Below are positions 1 through 8,740 of a stretch of 64,000 nt of DNA, in pieces. Made by a program: the position numbers and the translations under genes. This stretch comes from Escherichia phage vB_EcoM_G2494, in sequence record MK327935.1; one strand, 5' to 3'. Below the pieces are notes generated by a model. It was not told the origin of the DNA. It ran no database searches and was given only the letters and a program-made list of their open reading frames with translations. Numbering within the stretch: the first letter of the stretch is position 1; every line of letters begins with the position of its first letter.

Positions 1-704
1 AAATCATCGAAACGTTCAAAGGTTTTACCTTCATTTGCTTCGCCAAATTTAACCATTCTCAGGCCGTAACGACTACTAAACAGACGTTTCAACTGTCCAA
101 CGATTTTAGAATCAGTGGTTATAACTTCCAATTCTTCTACTTCACGAAAGAATTTTCTATCAGAATCAATAAACCAGCTAGTTCCTTTATGGTCTCTATC
201 TTCGGTTGCGCTCATTAGAGTATGGTCTTTACCATCAATTTCAATTACATCAATTTGCCCACATGGACTAACATTTTTAACAGTAAAAGGTCTATAATTT
301 ATTGCTCGTGCAATAACATAATTAAGGTTAGATACGTTTTCAGCATAATGGCAGAAGTCTGTCATAGCATTCGCATCTTTCCAAGTATAAGTTTTACCAA
401 CTTCCCATTTCTGGGGAACTTCTTCAACTTCACGAAAGAATTTTCGATCGAATGGACTAAAGAAATATGTTGCAGTCCAAATGTCTTTTCCTGTAGCAGT
501 TTTTGCCGTATGATAAACACCGTCTAGCTCTATTGCATTAATCCAACCGTTACCCTCGATCTCGATGATGGTAAATGGCTTGTCACCAATAGCTGCACTA
601 ATATCGCTGTTAAGTGGAGAAAGAACACCTTCTCCGTTAGTAATAAACTCAGTTTTAGCGTTTTCATCTTTCCAGGTGTAAGTTTTACCAATTTCCCATT
701 TCAT
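1..704 (-). CDS. hypothetical protein, 3'-truncated at window edge; two internal ~95-aa repeats
   Basis: Hand translation of minus strand from ATG near 704 (SD AAGGGGAA upstream) stays open to position 1; repeats each begin KWE(I/V)GKTYTWKD and end DRKFFREVEE. Not in ORF track because no stop in window. Confidence 0.45.
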   Translation of the reverse strand, partial: MKWEIGKTYTWKDENAKTEFITNGEGVLSPLNSDISAAIGDKPFTIIEIEGNGWINAIELDGVYHTAKTATGKDIWTATYFFSPFDRKFFREVEEVPQKWEVGKTYTWKDANAMTDFCHYAENVSNLNYVIARAINYRPFTVKNVSPCGQIDVIEIDGKDHTLMSATEDRDHKGTSWFIDSDRKFFREVEELEVITTDSKIVGQLKRLFSSRYGLRMVKFGEANEGKTFERFDD

Positions 705-716
705 AATATATTCCCC

Positions 717-1196
717 TTAACCGATTTTATCAAGTTCGTTTAATGCTTTCTCTGCTTCCTGTATAGCTTGCACTCTTTCCGGCATTTTGTCAAGAAAATC
801 TTTCAACTCTTCAAAACTGGAGATATGACGCAAGGCATTAGCACCGATAGCCGCATGTGATTTGCATTCAAAGCGAATTTTATAATTATCCATCGCCAAT
901 TTGAGAAGATCAATTAATTTAGATTCTTCTGGAATAATAATTTCTTCAAATCTGCTACGGTCATGATCCAGAAACCAACAAGATAGACCTACATCGGTTG
1001 AACTCATATAAGTTCCATCATGAAGATAAACAGACCGCACGTATCCTTTTTTCGCATCAACCGACGCAACTTTAAACGGTAATCGCAGATATTTCAAATA
1101 ATCAACATCATACCATTTAAAAAATTGGTTTGCATCTTTTACATCTTTCCACGCATAGGTCTTACCAGCTTCCCATTTCATAATATCATCTCTCAT
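717..1196 (-). CDS. hypothetical protein, paralog of neighbouring WExGKTY-domain genes
   Basis: ORF track 159 aa; N-terminal MKWEAGKTYAWKD motif shared with flanking ORFs. Confidence 0.5.
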   Translation of the reverse strand: MRDDIMKWEAGKTYAWKDVKDANQFFKWYDVDYLKYLRLPFKVASVDAKKGYVRSVYLHDGTYMSSTDVGLSCWFLDHDRSRFEEIIIPEESKLIDLLKLAMDNYKIRFECKSHAAIGANALRHISSFEELKDFLDKMPERVQAIQEAEKALNELDKIG

Positions 1197-1722
1197 TTTT
1201 GATACGTGATTCTAATTGGATCATACGGTCGCGCGTTTGCTTGTATTCGCGGATAGCACCGATTCGGCTAGGCATACCATCCAGTACGCTCTTAATCCCT
1301 TCTAGGGTAGTGATTTTAGCAATACTATTATGTAATCCCATCTTATCGATTAACTGAATGTCGTAGGCTTCCATAAGCAGACCCAGACGTTCTAAAGTTA
1401 GGTCTTCTTCTTTTTCTTCCGATTCTGGAATCTTAGGTTCAATAGTAACTTCGGTAAAGAAACGACGCTCACCAGACCAAAACCACACACCGGAACAGCC
1501 AATAGGGGATTCTTTTAACGTCATAGAGTCGTAACCACTGCCGATAATAGTAATTTCTCTAACATCACCATCATCGTCAAGGTCTTCTACCCTAAACGGG
1601 CGACCAGCCAACAAGTCAACAATACATCTGTTAATAGACGACGAAAATTTAGTCAGTTCGGCTTTCGACGCTTCGCATTCAATCTTGTAAGTTTTACCAA
1701 CTTCCCATTCCATAATAATCAC
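1186..1722 (-). CDS. hypothetical protein, WExGKTY-domain paralog
   Basis: ORF track 178 aa; N-terminal MEWEVGKTYK motif. Confidence 0.5.
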   Translation of the reverse strand: MIIMEWEVGKTYKIECEASKAELTKFSSSINRCIVDLLAGRPFRVEDLDDDGDVREITIIGSGYDSMTLKESPIGCSGVWFWSGERRFFTEVTIEPKIPESEEKEEDLTLERLGLLMEAYDIQLIDKMGLHNSIAKITTLEGIKSVLDGMPSRIGAIREYKQTRDRMIQLESRIKNER

Positions 1723-1723
1723 C

Positions 1724-2233
1724 TCAAATAATTTTCACTGGAATACTATTAACAATCTTGTATTGTACTTGATTGTCAGACCCCCGCCACGGCTTCTTCG
1801 TTGGCATATCTTTAATATAACGCCCATCGATGAACATGTCAACTGATTCTACAATTTTTCTTTGCTCATCATTCAATTGGTCAAGGGTATAACCAGACCA
1901 TAGCCAAATATCTTTATTTGGCATCCATGATTTTACTTCATCGATGATCCGTTGTACACCCTTTAAATTGCGTTTATACAGTGGATCGCCACCTAAGAAT
2001 GTTAGCCCCTGAATAAAATCAGGTCTAAGCAGATCCAGAATTAATCCCATTGTATCATCGGTGAATAGTTCCCCGTTCTTAGGATTGAGTAGACTGGAAT
2101 TAAAGCAACCATCACATGCGTGTGAACATCCGGTAACGTAAAGGGAGACTCTCACTCCCTCACCGTTAACCATATCACAATCTTTAATATCGGCATAGCG
2201 TAGTTTGCCGTATGTATCAGAACTCATATTCAA
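1724..2233 (-). CDS. nrdG: anaerobic ribonucleotide reductase activating protein (radical SAM)
   Basis: 169 aa; DMVNGEGVRVSLYVTGCSHACDGCFN cysteine cluster resembles T4/E. coli NrdG N-terminus; near nrdD. Confidence 0.85.
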   Translation of the reverse strand: MNMSSDTYGKLRYADIKDCDMVNGEGVRVSLYVTGCSHACDGCFNSSLLNPKNGELFTDDTMGLILDLLRPDFIQGLTFLGGDPLYKRNLKGVQRIIDEVKSWMPNKDIWLWSGYTLDQLNDEQRKIVESVDMFIDGRYIKDMPTKKPWRGSDNQVQYKIVNSIPVKII

Positions 2234-2444
2234 TTACCCCGAACTCGTTTACAATCTGCGCTTTATAGTAACCACCGCGAGATGCTAATAGATAAGCTGG
2301 GCTTAGGTATTCGTATTCACGGATTTCTACTTGTGCGTTTTCAGTTTCCCAAATCAGTAAAGTCCACATATTTGATTCTCCTGTAAAGTTGTATCTCGTC
2401 TTGATGAATATAGTATAGGGGATCTCGCGATCCCCGTCAAGCAT
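2217..2444 (-). CDS. small hypothetical protein (start possibly internal ATG near 2369 with AGGAGA SD)
   Basis: ORF track 75 aa, same strand as neighbours. Confidence 0.3.
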   Translation of the reverse strand: MLDGDREIPYTIFIKTRYNFTGESNMWTLLIWETENAQVEIREYEYLSPAYLLASRGGYYKAQIVNEFGVIEYEF

Positions 2445-2449
2445 TTATT

Positions 2450-2992
2450 TTAAATTTTTCGAATGTATTCAGACCATTCCTTCCCTGTCATTTCGGACCC
2501 GTTCTGGAAACTGAAATATTCATACGGCATCGAGTCAAGATAAAACAGGATCATACATCGCGCCATATAATACCAATCACGATTAAAGTAAACTACGTTA
2601 TCACCAGTACCATCAACCCCTTTATCATAACCATCGCGGGTACGGGCGACCCATTGAATGGTATCATTTTTCTCACGGATAGTAACAGGTTCCCAATATC
2701 CAGCACATCCAGCATGACCACACGAACAAGTAAGGAAATATTGACCTTTTGCTTTGTTGTCATCCCATTCACGATGAATTGGTTTGATTTCGTGAAACAG
2801 TGCCAAACAATCATGATTATGCAACACTGGCTTACCATCAATCAATGCATGGAATGTATACAAACGACCAGTAGACAAATAGCTATCCTCACGCTCAACC
2901 AGTTCAATAGCAATCTTTTTAGCTTGTTCTTTGTGTCGTTGTGCTTTACGCTTACGGTTTAATGATTTCATATTCACCTCACACATTATCAA
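2450..2992 (-). CDS. hypothetical protein, Cys/His-rich
   Basis: ORF track 180 aa. Confidence 0.5.
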   Translation of the reverse strand: MIMCEVNMKSLNRKRKAQRHKEQAKKIAIELVEREDSYLSTGRLYTFHALIDGKPVLHNHDCLALFHEIKPIHREWDDNKAKGQYFLTCSCGHAGCAGYWEPVTIREKNDTIQWVARTRDGYDKGVDGTGDNVVYFNRDWYYMARCMILFYLDSMPYEYFSFQNGSEMTGKEWSEYIRKI

Positions 2993-3534
2993 AGGTCGCG
3001 ATATAGTACATTATGAAAATGAGAACTTGCATTACCAATATTGTAGATAATAAATTCTTCATCCGGCGCTTGCGCTACAAATTGAGTATGAGCAACCGCC
3101 ACAACCTTAAAAATACGATCCGTGATCTTGTGTTTAATTTCTGCCCCTACTTCCATAGGAACATATTCATTTGTTTCTGTTTCAGTCGCAAAACAGCCAT
3201 CTTCTTCATAAGCACGAACAAATCGGTCGCAATCAGTACGCTTAACAAATTCAAGAGTATATAATTCTCGTGAATTGTCGGTATAGACCAATACAGAATT
3301 ATTATGATAGCGAATCACATACAGGTTATTATCATCGTCAATTACGCAAAAGCTACGGATTCCTTCGCCTTTACTCCAGCAGATATTAACCACCGTTCCT
3401 CTAATAAAAAAACTTTCCTTTAAATTAAAACTAGCCAATGTGCTAGCGTGCATTTTAACAACAACACCATCGCCAATTTCCAGTTTACGAAGTTTAACTT
3501 CTTTGCTCAGTACACAAAACATCATCATCATCAT
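2989..3534 (-). CDS. hypothetical protein
   Basis: ORF track 181 aa; promoter 3564-3591 upstream. Confidence 0.5.
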   Translation of the reverse strand: MMMMMFCVLSKEVKLRKLEIGDGVVVKMHASTLASFNLKESFFIRGTVVNICWSKGEGIRSFCVIDDDNNLYVIRYHNNSVLVYTDNSRELYTLEFVKRTDCDRFVRAYEEDGCFATETETNEYVPMEVGAEIKHKITDRIFKVVAVAHTQFVAQAPDEEFIIYNIGNASSHFHNVLYRDL

Positions 3535-3563
3535 GTTGTCCTCTCGTTGTTTTCGATGTGAGC

Positions 3564-3591
3564 ATTATACATTAGCTAATCAGGTTGTCAA
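3564..3591 (-). promoter_or_regulatory. sigma70-like early promoter (TTGACA-16-TATAAT)
   Basis: Minus strand reads TTGACAacctgattagctaatgTATAAT; member of a repeated promoter family. Confidence 0.6.
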
Positions 3592-3628
3592 CACCCCAAA
3601 ACGAAAAAGCCGACCCTTTCGGATCGGC
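3592..3628 (-). terminator. rho-independent terminator downstream of nrdD
   Basis: Minus-strand RNA hairpin gccgaucc-gaaa-gggucggc followed by UUUUUCGUUUU; 6 nt after nrdD stop. Confidence 0.6.
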
Positions 3629-3634
3629 TGAAAA

Positions 3635-5497
3635 TTACATGTGCTTAACGCGGTTTACCATCTCGGAGTGTTTCCCGTGGTTAAATGGACGCAGATCAAC
3701 AGATCCAAGATATCCACTAACGCGACGGATAACATTCATCTTTTCCAGATTGTCATTGCCGCAATCAGGACAAACAAAACCAGACTCGGTCGCTCTCATT
3801 TCCTTATTAGATCCGCATACATGACATACATCAGAAGGAGTATTAACACCGAAGTAGTGCAATTTATCCATTGCATAGTCCACTACAGTTTCAAGACCTT
3901 TCAGGTTGTTTTTCATGTCTGGGAACTCAACATAAGAGATCATGCCACCGGACGCCAGCCAGTGATAATCTTTCTCAAAGTCGATTTTCTCAAATGGAGT
4001 GACTTTCCGGTCTACGTCAAGGTGGAATGAGTTGGTGTACCAGTCTTTATCGGTAGCACCCTTAACAATACCAAATTGCTCTCGGTCCAGTCGATTAAAT
4101 CGATAGCAAAGGCTCTCGGCTGGCGTACCGTAAAGACTAAACCCAAGTCCGGTTTCGTCCTTCCATTTTTCAGTATAATGACGCAAGATCTTAAGAATAT
4201 GTTTACCGTATCGCTGCGCATCTTCCGAATCAAACGGATGAACATCAAACAGGACGCTCAATACCTCATGTAAACCAATATATCCAAGAGAGATACTAGC
4301 GCGACCATCTTTCAGAACTTCCAAAATTTCATCGTTTTGATGAATACGGAAAAACGCACCTTCGGTATACAGTACAGGAGCAACATTAGCTTTAGCGCCT
4401 TTTAAAGCGTCTACGCGACTCATGAGCGCATCAAAACAAATAGGCATACGATTAGCTAGCTCTTGTTCGAATAGCTCAATTCTGCGCATTACAGACGCTT
4501 TACCAGCACGACGCGCGGCAATAAGGGCAATACGCGGAAGATTCAGAGTCACAACACCTAAGTTATTACGTCCGTCTAATACTTCTTCGCCTTTCTCATT
4601 ATGCCACACACCCAGGAAGCTACGACAACCCATCGGGCTAACCGGAACACTAGATCCAGTGATACTACGGTTATTCTTCGCAGAGATATAATCAGGGTAA
4701 AGACGCTTACTAGAACATTCCAATGCAAGTTGCTTAATGTCGTAGTTCGGATCTTCCGGTTTAAGGTTTAATCCTTCTTCTAAGAACATCACCAGCTTAG
4801 GAAACACCGGAGTGATACCATCTTTACCTAAACCTTTAGTTCGAACTTTCAGGATCGCTTTCTGAATCAGTTTTTCTTCCCAGCTAGTCCCCATACCAAA
4901 TGTTAAAGTCACAAAAGGTGTTTGACCGTTGGTGGAGAACAAAGTGTTGATTTCATATTCCAACGCTTGATACCCGTCTAGCGTTTCTTTTTCTGTCTTC
5001 TCTTGTGCATAGAGAGTATCCGCTTTGATTCCGTAGGTTTCGGCATCAGCAAGGTGTTTATGATATGTTTTCTCAACATACGGTGCTAACACCTGATCGA
5101 TGTTTGCAATTGTGGTCCCGCCATATTGATGACTTGCCACCTGTGCGATAATTTGAGCGGTTACAGCACATGCAACACCGATCGATTTAGGACTTTCGAT
5201 TTGTGCGCTACCCAATTTAAAACCATTCTCTAACATGTCTTTGAGATTAACAAGACAGCAGTTAGTAAACGGCATAGCGGGTGCATAATCCATATCATGA
5301 TAATGAATGTCACCGTCTACATGCGCTTTATAGATGTGCTCAGGTAACACGGTTTTAGCAATCTGTTTAGACACAGCACCAGCAATCAGATCTCGACGTG
5401 TCGGGAATGTTCGCGCGTCTTTGTTCGCGTTCTCTTTGCTTACTTCGTTTTCTTTACCCGTTGCGATCTCTGTAATGTCTTTGATTAGTTTTTCCAT
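3635..5497 (-). CDS. nrdD: anaerobic ribonucleoside-triphosphate reductase
   Basis: 620 aa; resembles T4 NrdD along its length; C-terminal glycyl-radical motif RRVSGYLG and Cys-x2-Cys zinc site; no intron interruption. Confidence 0.9.
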   Translation of the reverse strand: MEKLIKDITEIATGKENEVSKENANKDARTFPTRRDLIAGAVSKQIAKTVLPEHIYKAHVDGDIHYHDMDYAPAMPFTNCCLVNLKDMLENGFKLGSAQIESPKSIGVACAVTAQIIAQVASHQYGGTTIANIDQVLAPYVEKTYHKHLADAETYGIKADTLYAQEKTEKETLDGYQALEYEINTLFSTNGQTPFVTLTFGMGTSWEEKLIQKAILKVRTKGLGKDGITPVFPKLVMFLEEGLNLKPEDPNYDIKQLALECSSKRLYPDYISAKNNRSITGSSVPVSPMGCRSFLGVWHNEKGEEVLDGRNNLGVVTLNLPRIALIAARRAGKASVMRRIELFEQELANRMPICFDALMSRVDALKGAKANVAPVLYTEGAFFRIHQNDEILEVLKDGRASISLGYIGLHEVLSVLFDVHPFDSEDAQRYGKHILKILRHYTEKWKDETGLGFSLYGTPAESLCYRFNRLDREQFGIVKGATDKDWYTNSFHLDVDRKVTPFEKIDFEKDYHWLASGGMISYVEFPDMKNNLKGLETVVDYAMDKLHYFGVNTPSDVCHVCGSNKEMRATESGFVCPDCGNDNLEKMNVIRRVSGYLGSVDLRPFNHGKHSEMVNRVKHM

Positions 5498-5507
5498 TGT
5501 ATCACCT

Positions 5508-5532
5508 ATGAAAAAGCGGGATTTCTCCCGCT
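5508..5532 (-). terminator. hairpin plus U-run immediately 5' of nrdD ribosome-binding site (terminator or attenuator-like)
   Basis: Minus RNA agcggga-gaaa-ucccgcu then UUUUUC, then AGGTGA SD and nrdD ATG. Confidence 0.45.
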
Positions 5533-5541
5533 CGTTGATAG

Positions 5542-6036
5542 TTATTTTACCAGTTCTGCTAATTCTTTTTCCGCCGCTTCCAGTTCAGCTTTAAGCTGTT
5601 TAATCTCTTGTCGCTTCTTATTAGCGGCTTCCTGCTTACTATTTCGGATAACCTGATCTAGATACAACTCCCAATCCTGAATATTTTTGATAATGTATCC
5701 GTCAACATTAATTGGTCGGAGATTCAGTACAGCTTCCAGTTTAGTCGCAAAAACTTTAATTGCTGGTGTGAAGTATTCATATTCGTTATCTTCAAACCAA
5801 TAACCTAGACTTGCATTATCAATACGAAGACGAAGTTTAAGATCAAGGTCTTTATCGTCGGTGTAAAGATCTTTCACCTGCCCCATCGAGCTAACAACAA
5901 CTTTAAAACGAATTTTATCTACACCGCCAAAAACATCTTCAAGAATATCAGCAATTGAGCTATTAGCGCAAGATTGGTCGCTGAATGCGTCAAGGTTTTC
6001 TTTAGTTACAGTATACCAAACATCTTGTACCCACAT
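5542..6036 (-). CDS. hypothetical protein
   Basis: ORF track 164 aa; start preceded by GAGGATTATATTATG context. Confidence 0.55.
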   Translation of the reverse strand: MWVQDVWYTVTKENLDAFSDQSCANSSIADILEDVFGGVDKIRFKVVVSSMGQVKDLYTDDKDLDLKLRLRIDNASLGYWFEDNEYEYFTPAIKVFATKLEAVLNLRPINVDGYIIKNIQDWELYLDQVIRNSKQEAANKKRQEIKQLKAELEAAEKELAELVK

Positions 6037-6066
6037 AATATAATCCTCTCGTTGTTAAGTGGGAGT

Positions 6067-6094
6067 ATTATAGCATACTCCCTTCGCATGTCAA
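6067..6094 (-). promoter_or_regulatory. sigma70-like early promoter with inverted repeat across the -10
   Basis: Minus strand TTGACAtgcgaagggagtatgcTATAAT; inverted repeat gggagta...tactccc. Confidence 0.55.
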
Positions 6095-7269
6095 GCACTA
6101 ACTTTTTTCTTTACTGCTTTCACCTTCTGGCGAATTGCTCGAATCTCTTCGATCTCTTTTTCAGTCTCTTTAACAATTTCTTTGCGATTCTGAATATCTG
6201 TATCGAGATTATCATCAAGTTTAGGCAGCATGTCAATCAAGAACTTTTTAAAGTCTTTCAGGTTTCGGATAACAGCACCTTCACCCATTACCGCAACACC
6301 CACACCATCCGGCAGATCACCAAACAGCTTAACCAGTTCAGACAGATGATCATGATCTTCTAGTGCTTCTTCCGGTTCAGATGGCAGTTCAACAAAGTTA
6401 TAACGTTCATCATTGCTGATCAAGTGATACCAGCAAAGCCCGAAAGATTTCGGTGTATATTCTACACCATCAATTTCAACCGCGTCAACACTTCCATAAT
6501 CATCTACTTTAGTTACCTTAAATCCTTGTCCCAGCTTTTGAACAATTTCAACAACATGACTTGATACAGTTTCAGCGGTAAACCAATATGGCAAATTATG
6601 CTGATTTGGCTTGTAGCGTTCACCTACTTTAAATCTCTGACCAGCCGCTTGCATAGAATGAAATTGTTGTTTCGTGATTTCCGCGAAGTATTCAAATTCG
6701 CCACCATCAAACACACAAGCCCATTGATCACAAAAACGATCTGCCTTAACAGTTTCACCTTTCGCGGTGATCGTGGTAGCTGATCCGTGCAATTCTTCTT
6801 CAACTAAAAAGCCATATTCGACAAAATCAACAAGTTTCATAGCTTCTTTGTGATCTGGATCATGCTCTCCCCAGAATCGCTTAAATTCTTGCAAACCTTC
6901 TGGGGTAAACGAATAACATTTACCTTTTTCAAAGTAAGTCGGCATTGCATCCTCTTTCTTGTTCATCGCTTCGTATGCCTCTTTTGAGATGCGTTTAAAG
7001 TATTTACGCTCACTGTGCATAATCATAGTAGCCCAATAATCCACAATATCATTAGCGGAATAAACTACATCTCCAGCTTCAATAGTAATAACATGACCGT
7101 GGTCATCTTTTTCTAATACTTTAAAGCCCTTTTCTACGATTTCAGCAACCCGAATATGACCACGGCGCGAAGCATCGGTCAGAATAATTGAATAGCGAGA
7201 AAAGTCTAGAAACTCATCTTTACCGCCTTCACGGAATGCATAGTAATGACCTTCAAAGAATTTAGCCAT
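6091..7269 (-). CDS. hypothetical protein (shares ERKYFKRI motif region with next two genes)
   Basis: ORF track 392 aa; GAGGATTATATTATG start context. Confidence 0.55.
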   Translation of the reverse strand: MAKFFEGHYYAFREGGKDEFLDFSRYSIILTDASRRGHIRVAEIVEKGFKVLEKDDHGHVITIEAGDVVYSANDIVDYWATMIMHSERKYFKRISKEAYEAMNKKEDAMPTYFEKGKCYSFTPEGLQEFKRFWGEHDPDHKEAMKLVDFVEYGFLVEEELHGSATTITAKGETVKADRFCDQWACVFDGGEFEYFAEITKQQFHSMQAAGQRFKVGERYKPNQHNLPYWFTAETVSSHVVEIVQKLGQGFKVTKVDDYGSVDAVEIDGVEYTPKSFGLCWYHLISNDERYNFVELPSEPEEALEDHDHLSELVKLFGDLPDGVGVAVMGEGAVIRNLKDFKKFLIDMLPKLDDNLDTDIQNRKEIVKETEKEIEEIRAIRQKVKAVKKKVSA

Positions 7270-7300
7270 AATATAATCCTCTCGTTGTTTAGACGGGAGT

Positions 7301-7329
7301 ATCTTACTACTCCCGTTTCATCATGTCAA
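7301..7329 (-). promoter_or_regulatory. sigma70-like early promoter (TTGACA-17-TAAGAT) with embedded hairpin
   Basis: Minus strand TTGACAtgatgaaacgggagtagTAAGAT; inverted repeat acgggagta...tactcccgt. Confidence 0.55.
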
Positions 7330-7892
7330 GCGTTAAATGACTTTTGGATCTCTTTCAGTTCAGCTACTTTATCGGCGCTGAATTTAGCGTAGGTATCATG
7401 TCGAATAATTTCACTTTCAAGAAAGGTTTCCAGCCGAGTTCTATTTTCAATAAGGAACTCTTTCAGGTCTTCCGCGTTCTTGATAAAGATTTTATTGTCG
7501 GTAATGTCATCTTCAATCGCAAAGGAGATAGAGCGAACTTTACCAAACAAGTTAATCAGATCTTCCAGAGATTCTTCTTTCTTAACTGGTTTCATTTCTT
7601 CAAACTGCTTTTTAGTGATACGTTTAAAGTATTTGCGCTCGTTTGCAGCAATCAGAACAGATGCACCTTCATACTCATGAGTTTCTACCAGATACACACG
7701 CCCCATCGCATCAACAGTTAGAACTTTAAAGCCGTTACAAAGCACGTCATACAAGAACTTATTATGTTGCGGACATCGTTTGATAAATTCCTCTGCGGAC
7801 TCAGCATTACGGAAAGTGTAATAACGACCTCGTTCAAAAACAGCATCAGTTGAAGACTTAGCCGGATACAATTTATACGTTTTCTGTACCAT
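7326..7892 (-). CDS. hypothetical protein, paralog of 6091-7269
   Basis: ORF track 7326-7910; start refined to ATG at 7892 preceded by GAGGATTATATT; ERKYFKRITK motif. Confidence 0.5.
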   Translation of the reverse strand: MVQKTYKLYPAKSSTDAVFERGRYYTFRNAESAEEFIKRCPQHNKFLYDVLCNGFKVLTVDAMGRVYLVETHEYEGASVLIAANERKYFKRITKKQFEEMKPVKKEESLEDLINLFGKVRSISFAIEDDITDNKIFIKNAEDLKEFLIENRTRLETFLESEIIRHDTYAKFSADKVAELKEIQKSFNA

Positions 7893-7906
7893 AATATAAT
7901 CCTCTA

Positions 7907-8179
7907 TCATTTCACTAATTGAACAGCACGAAACAGAATGCGGTCACACGGAAGAAGCATAAATTCCCAACGCGGATCAAAGTCTTTAGCGGTATATGTT
8001 TTCCCATCAACCGAGATTTCACTTACATAACCAATAGGTGACACTTTAAGAACAGTAAACCCATTCTTGATGACTTCGTAGGTATCTTTCAATCCTTCGT
8101 AGTCATCCTCTAGGAAGTCTTTACGTGCTTGCTCAGATTTAAAAACATAGGCCACACCAGCTTTAAACATCTTACGCAT
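7907..8179 (-). CDS. hypothetical protein, paralog of the two upstream genes
   Basis: ORF track 7907-8239; start refined to ATG at 8179 with AAGGAG SD; promoter 8211-8239 lies upstream of this start. Confidence 0.45.
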   Translation of the reverse strand: MRKMFKAGVAYVFKSEQARKDFLEDDYEGLKDTYEVIKNGFTVLKVSPIGYVSEISVDGKTYTAKDFDPRWEFMLLPCDRILFRAVQLVK

Positions 8180-8210
8180 TGTTGATTCTCCTTCTTGATT
8201 AGATGGGAGT

Positions 8211-8239
8211 ATTTTACTACTCCCATTTCTTATTGTCAA
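8211..8239 (-). promoter_or_regulatory. sigma70-like early promoter (TTGACA-17-TAAAAT) with embedded hairpin
   Basis: Minus strand TTGACAataagaaatgggagtagTAAAAT. Confidence 0.55.
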
Positions 8240-8242
8240 CTA

Positions 8243-8716
8243 CTATCTTAATCTTTGTATAAATTGTTTCTTATACTTCTTCGTGATTTCTTCTCGTGTA
8301 TCAGCGTCGCAGTAATCGAAACCTTCTGCGTCCATAATAGCAACCATCTCCGCGCGTGTCAAGCGTGAAAATCGTTTTACTTTATCAACAGCATATTGAG
8401 GATGTAAATGATTGTCGGTGTAGTCTCCTTTGATGTAATTAACATAGTTTGTAGCCCAAACAACGAAATCAGCACCTAAAGCACCAACACCAAACCGTTT
8501 AAAGTCTCCGGTCAACGATCCTTCTAGGCGGTTGCAACACGAATGAAGCAATCCCCTTACGCGGCCTTGCCCTTTCCCATCTAGATCGTGGTCGTGGTCA
8601 AGATGGTTTTTGCTCATATCCTCAAAAAGTGGCAATTGACAAAGGGGGCAAATGCCCCCCTGTTTTTCGAATAGTTCTTGTTTGTACTCTTTAGCACTCT
8701 TAGCAGTCAGTAACAT
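8243..8716 (-). CDS. 49: endonuclease VII (Holliday junction resolvase)
   Basis: CPLCQ...NHLDHDHDLDG...RGLLHSCCN resembles T4 gp49 zinc/HNH-like core; start refined to MLLT (157 aa) with GGAGGG SD. Confidence 0.85.
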   Translation of the reverse strand: MLLTAKSAKEYKQELFEKQGGICPLCQLPLFEDMSKNHLDHDHDLDGKGQGRVRGLLHSCCNRLEGSLTGDFKRFGVGALGADFVVWATNYVNYIKGDYTDNHLHPQYAVDKVKRFSRLTRAEMVAIMDAEGFDYCDADTREEITKKYKKQFIQRLR

Positions 8717-8740
8717 AAATTCACCCTCCAAAGAAGGTAT

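Noticed and set aside
115-527. Plus-strand ORFs 115-297 and 222-527
   Set aside because: They lie antisense inside a continuous minus-strand coding frame with a recognisable repeat protein and have no ribosome-binding context; likely shadow ORFs.
2593-3264. ORFs overlapping minus-strand genes (2593-2841 minus, 2654-2962 plus, 3013-3264 plus)
   Set aside because: Embedded in or opposite longer ORFs that carry promoter and SD signals; low-complexity translations.
3635-5497. Group I intron or homing endonuclease in nrdD (as in T4)
   Set aside because: nrdD is a single uninterrupted 620-aa ORF colinear with T4 NrdD, so there is no sign of an intron in this copy.
3641-5594. Alternative-frame ORFs within or opposite nrdD (3641-4030, 4012-4248, 4076-4273, 4422-4691, 5334-5594)
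   Set aside because: nrdD is confidently assigned on the minus strand across this whole interval; overlapping ORFs are frame shadows.
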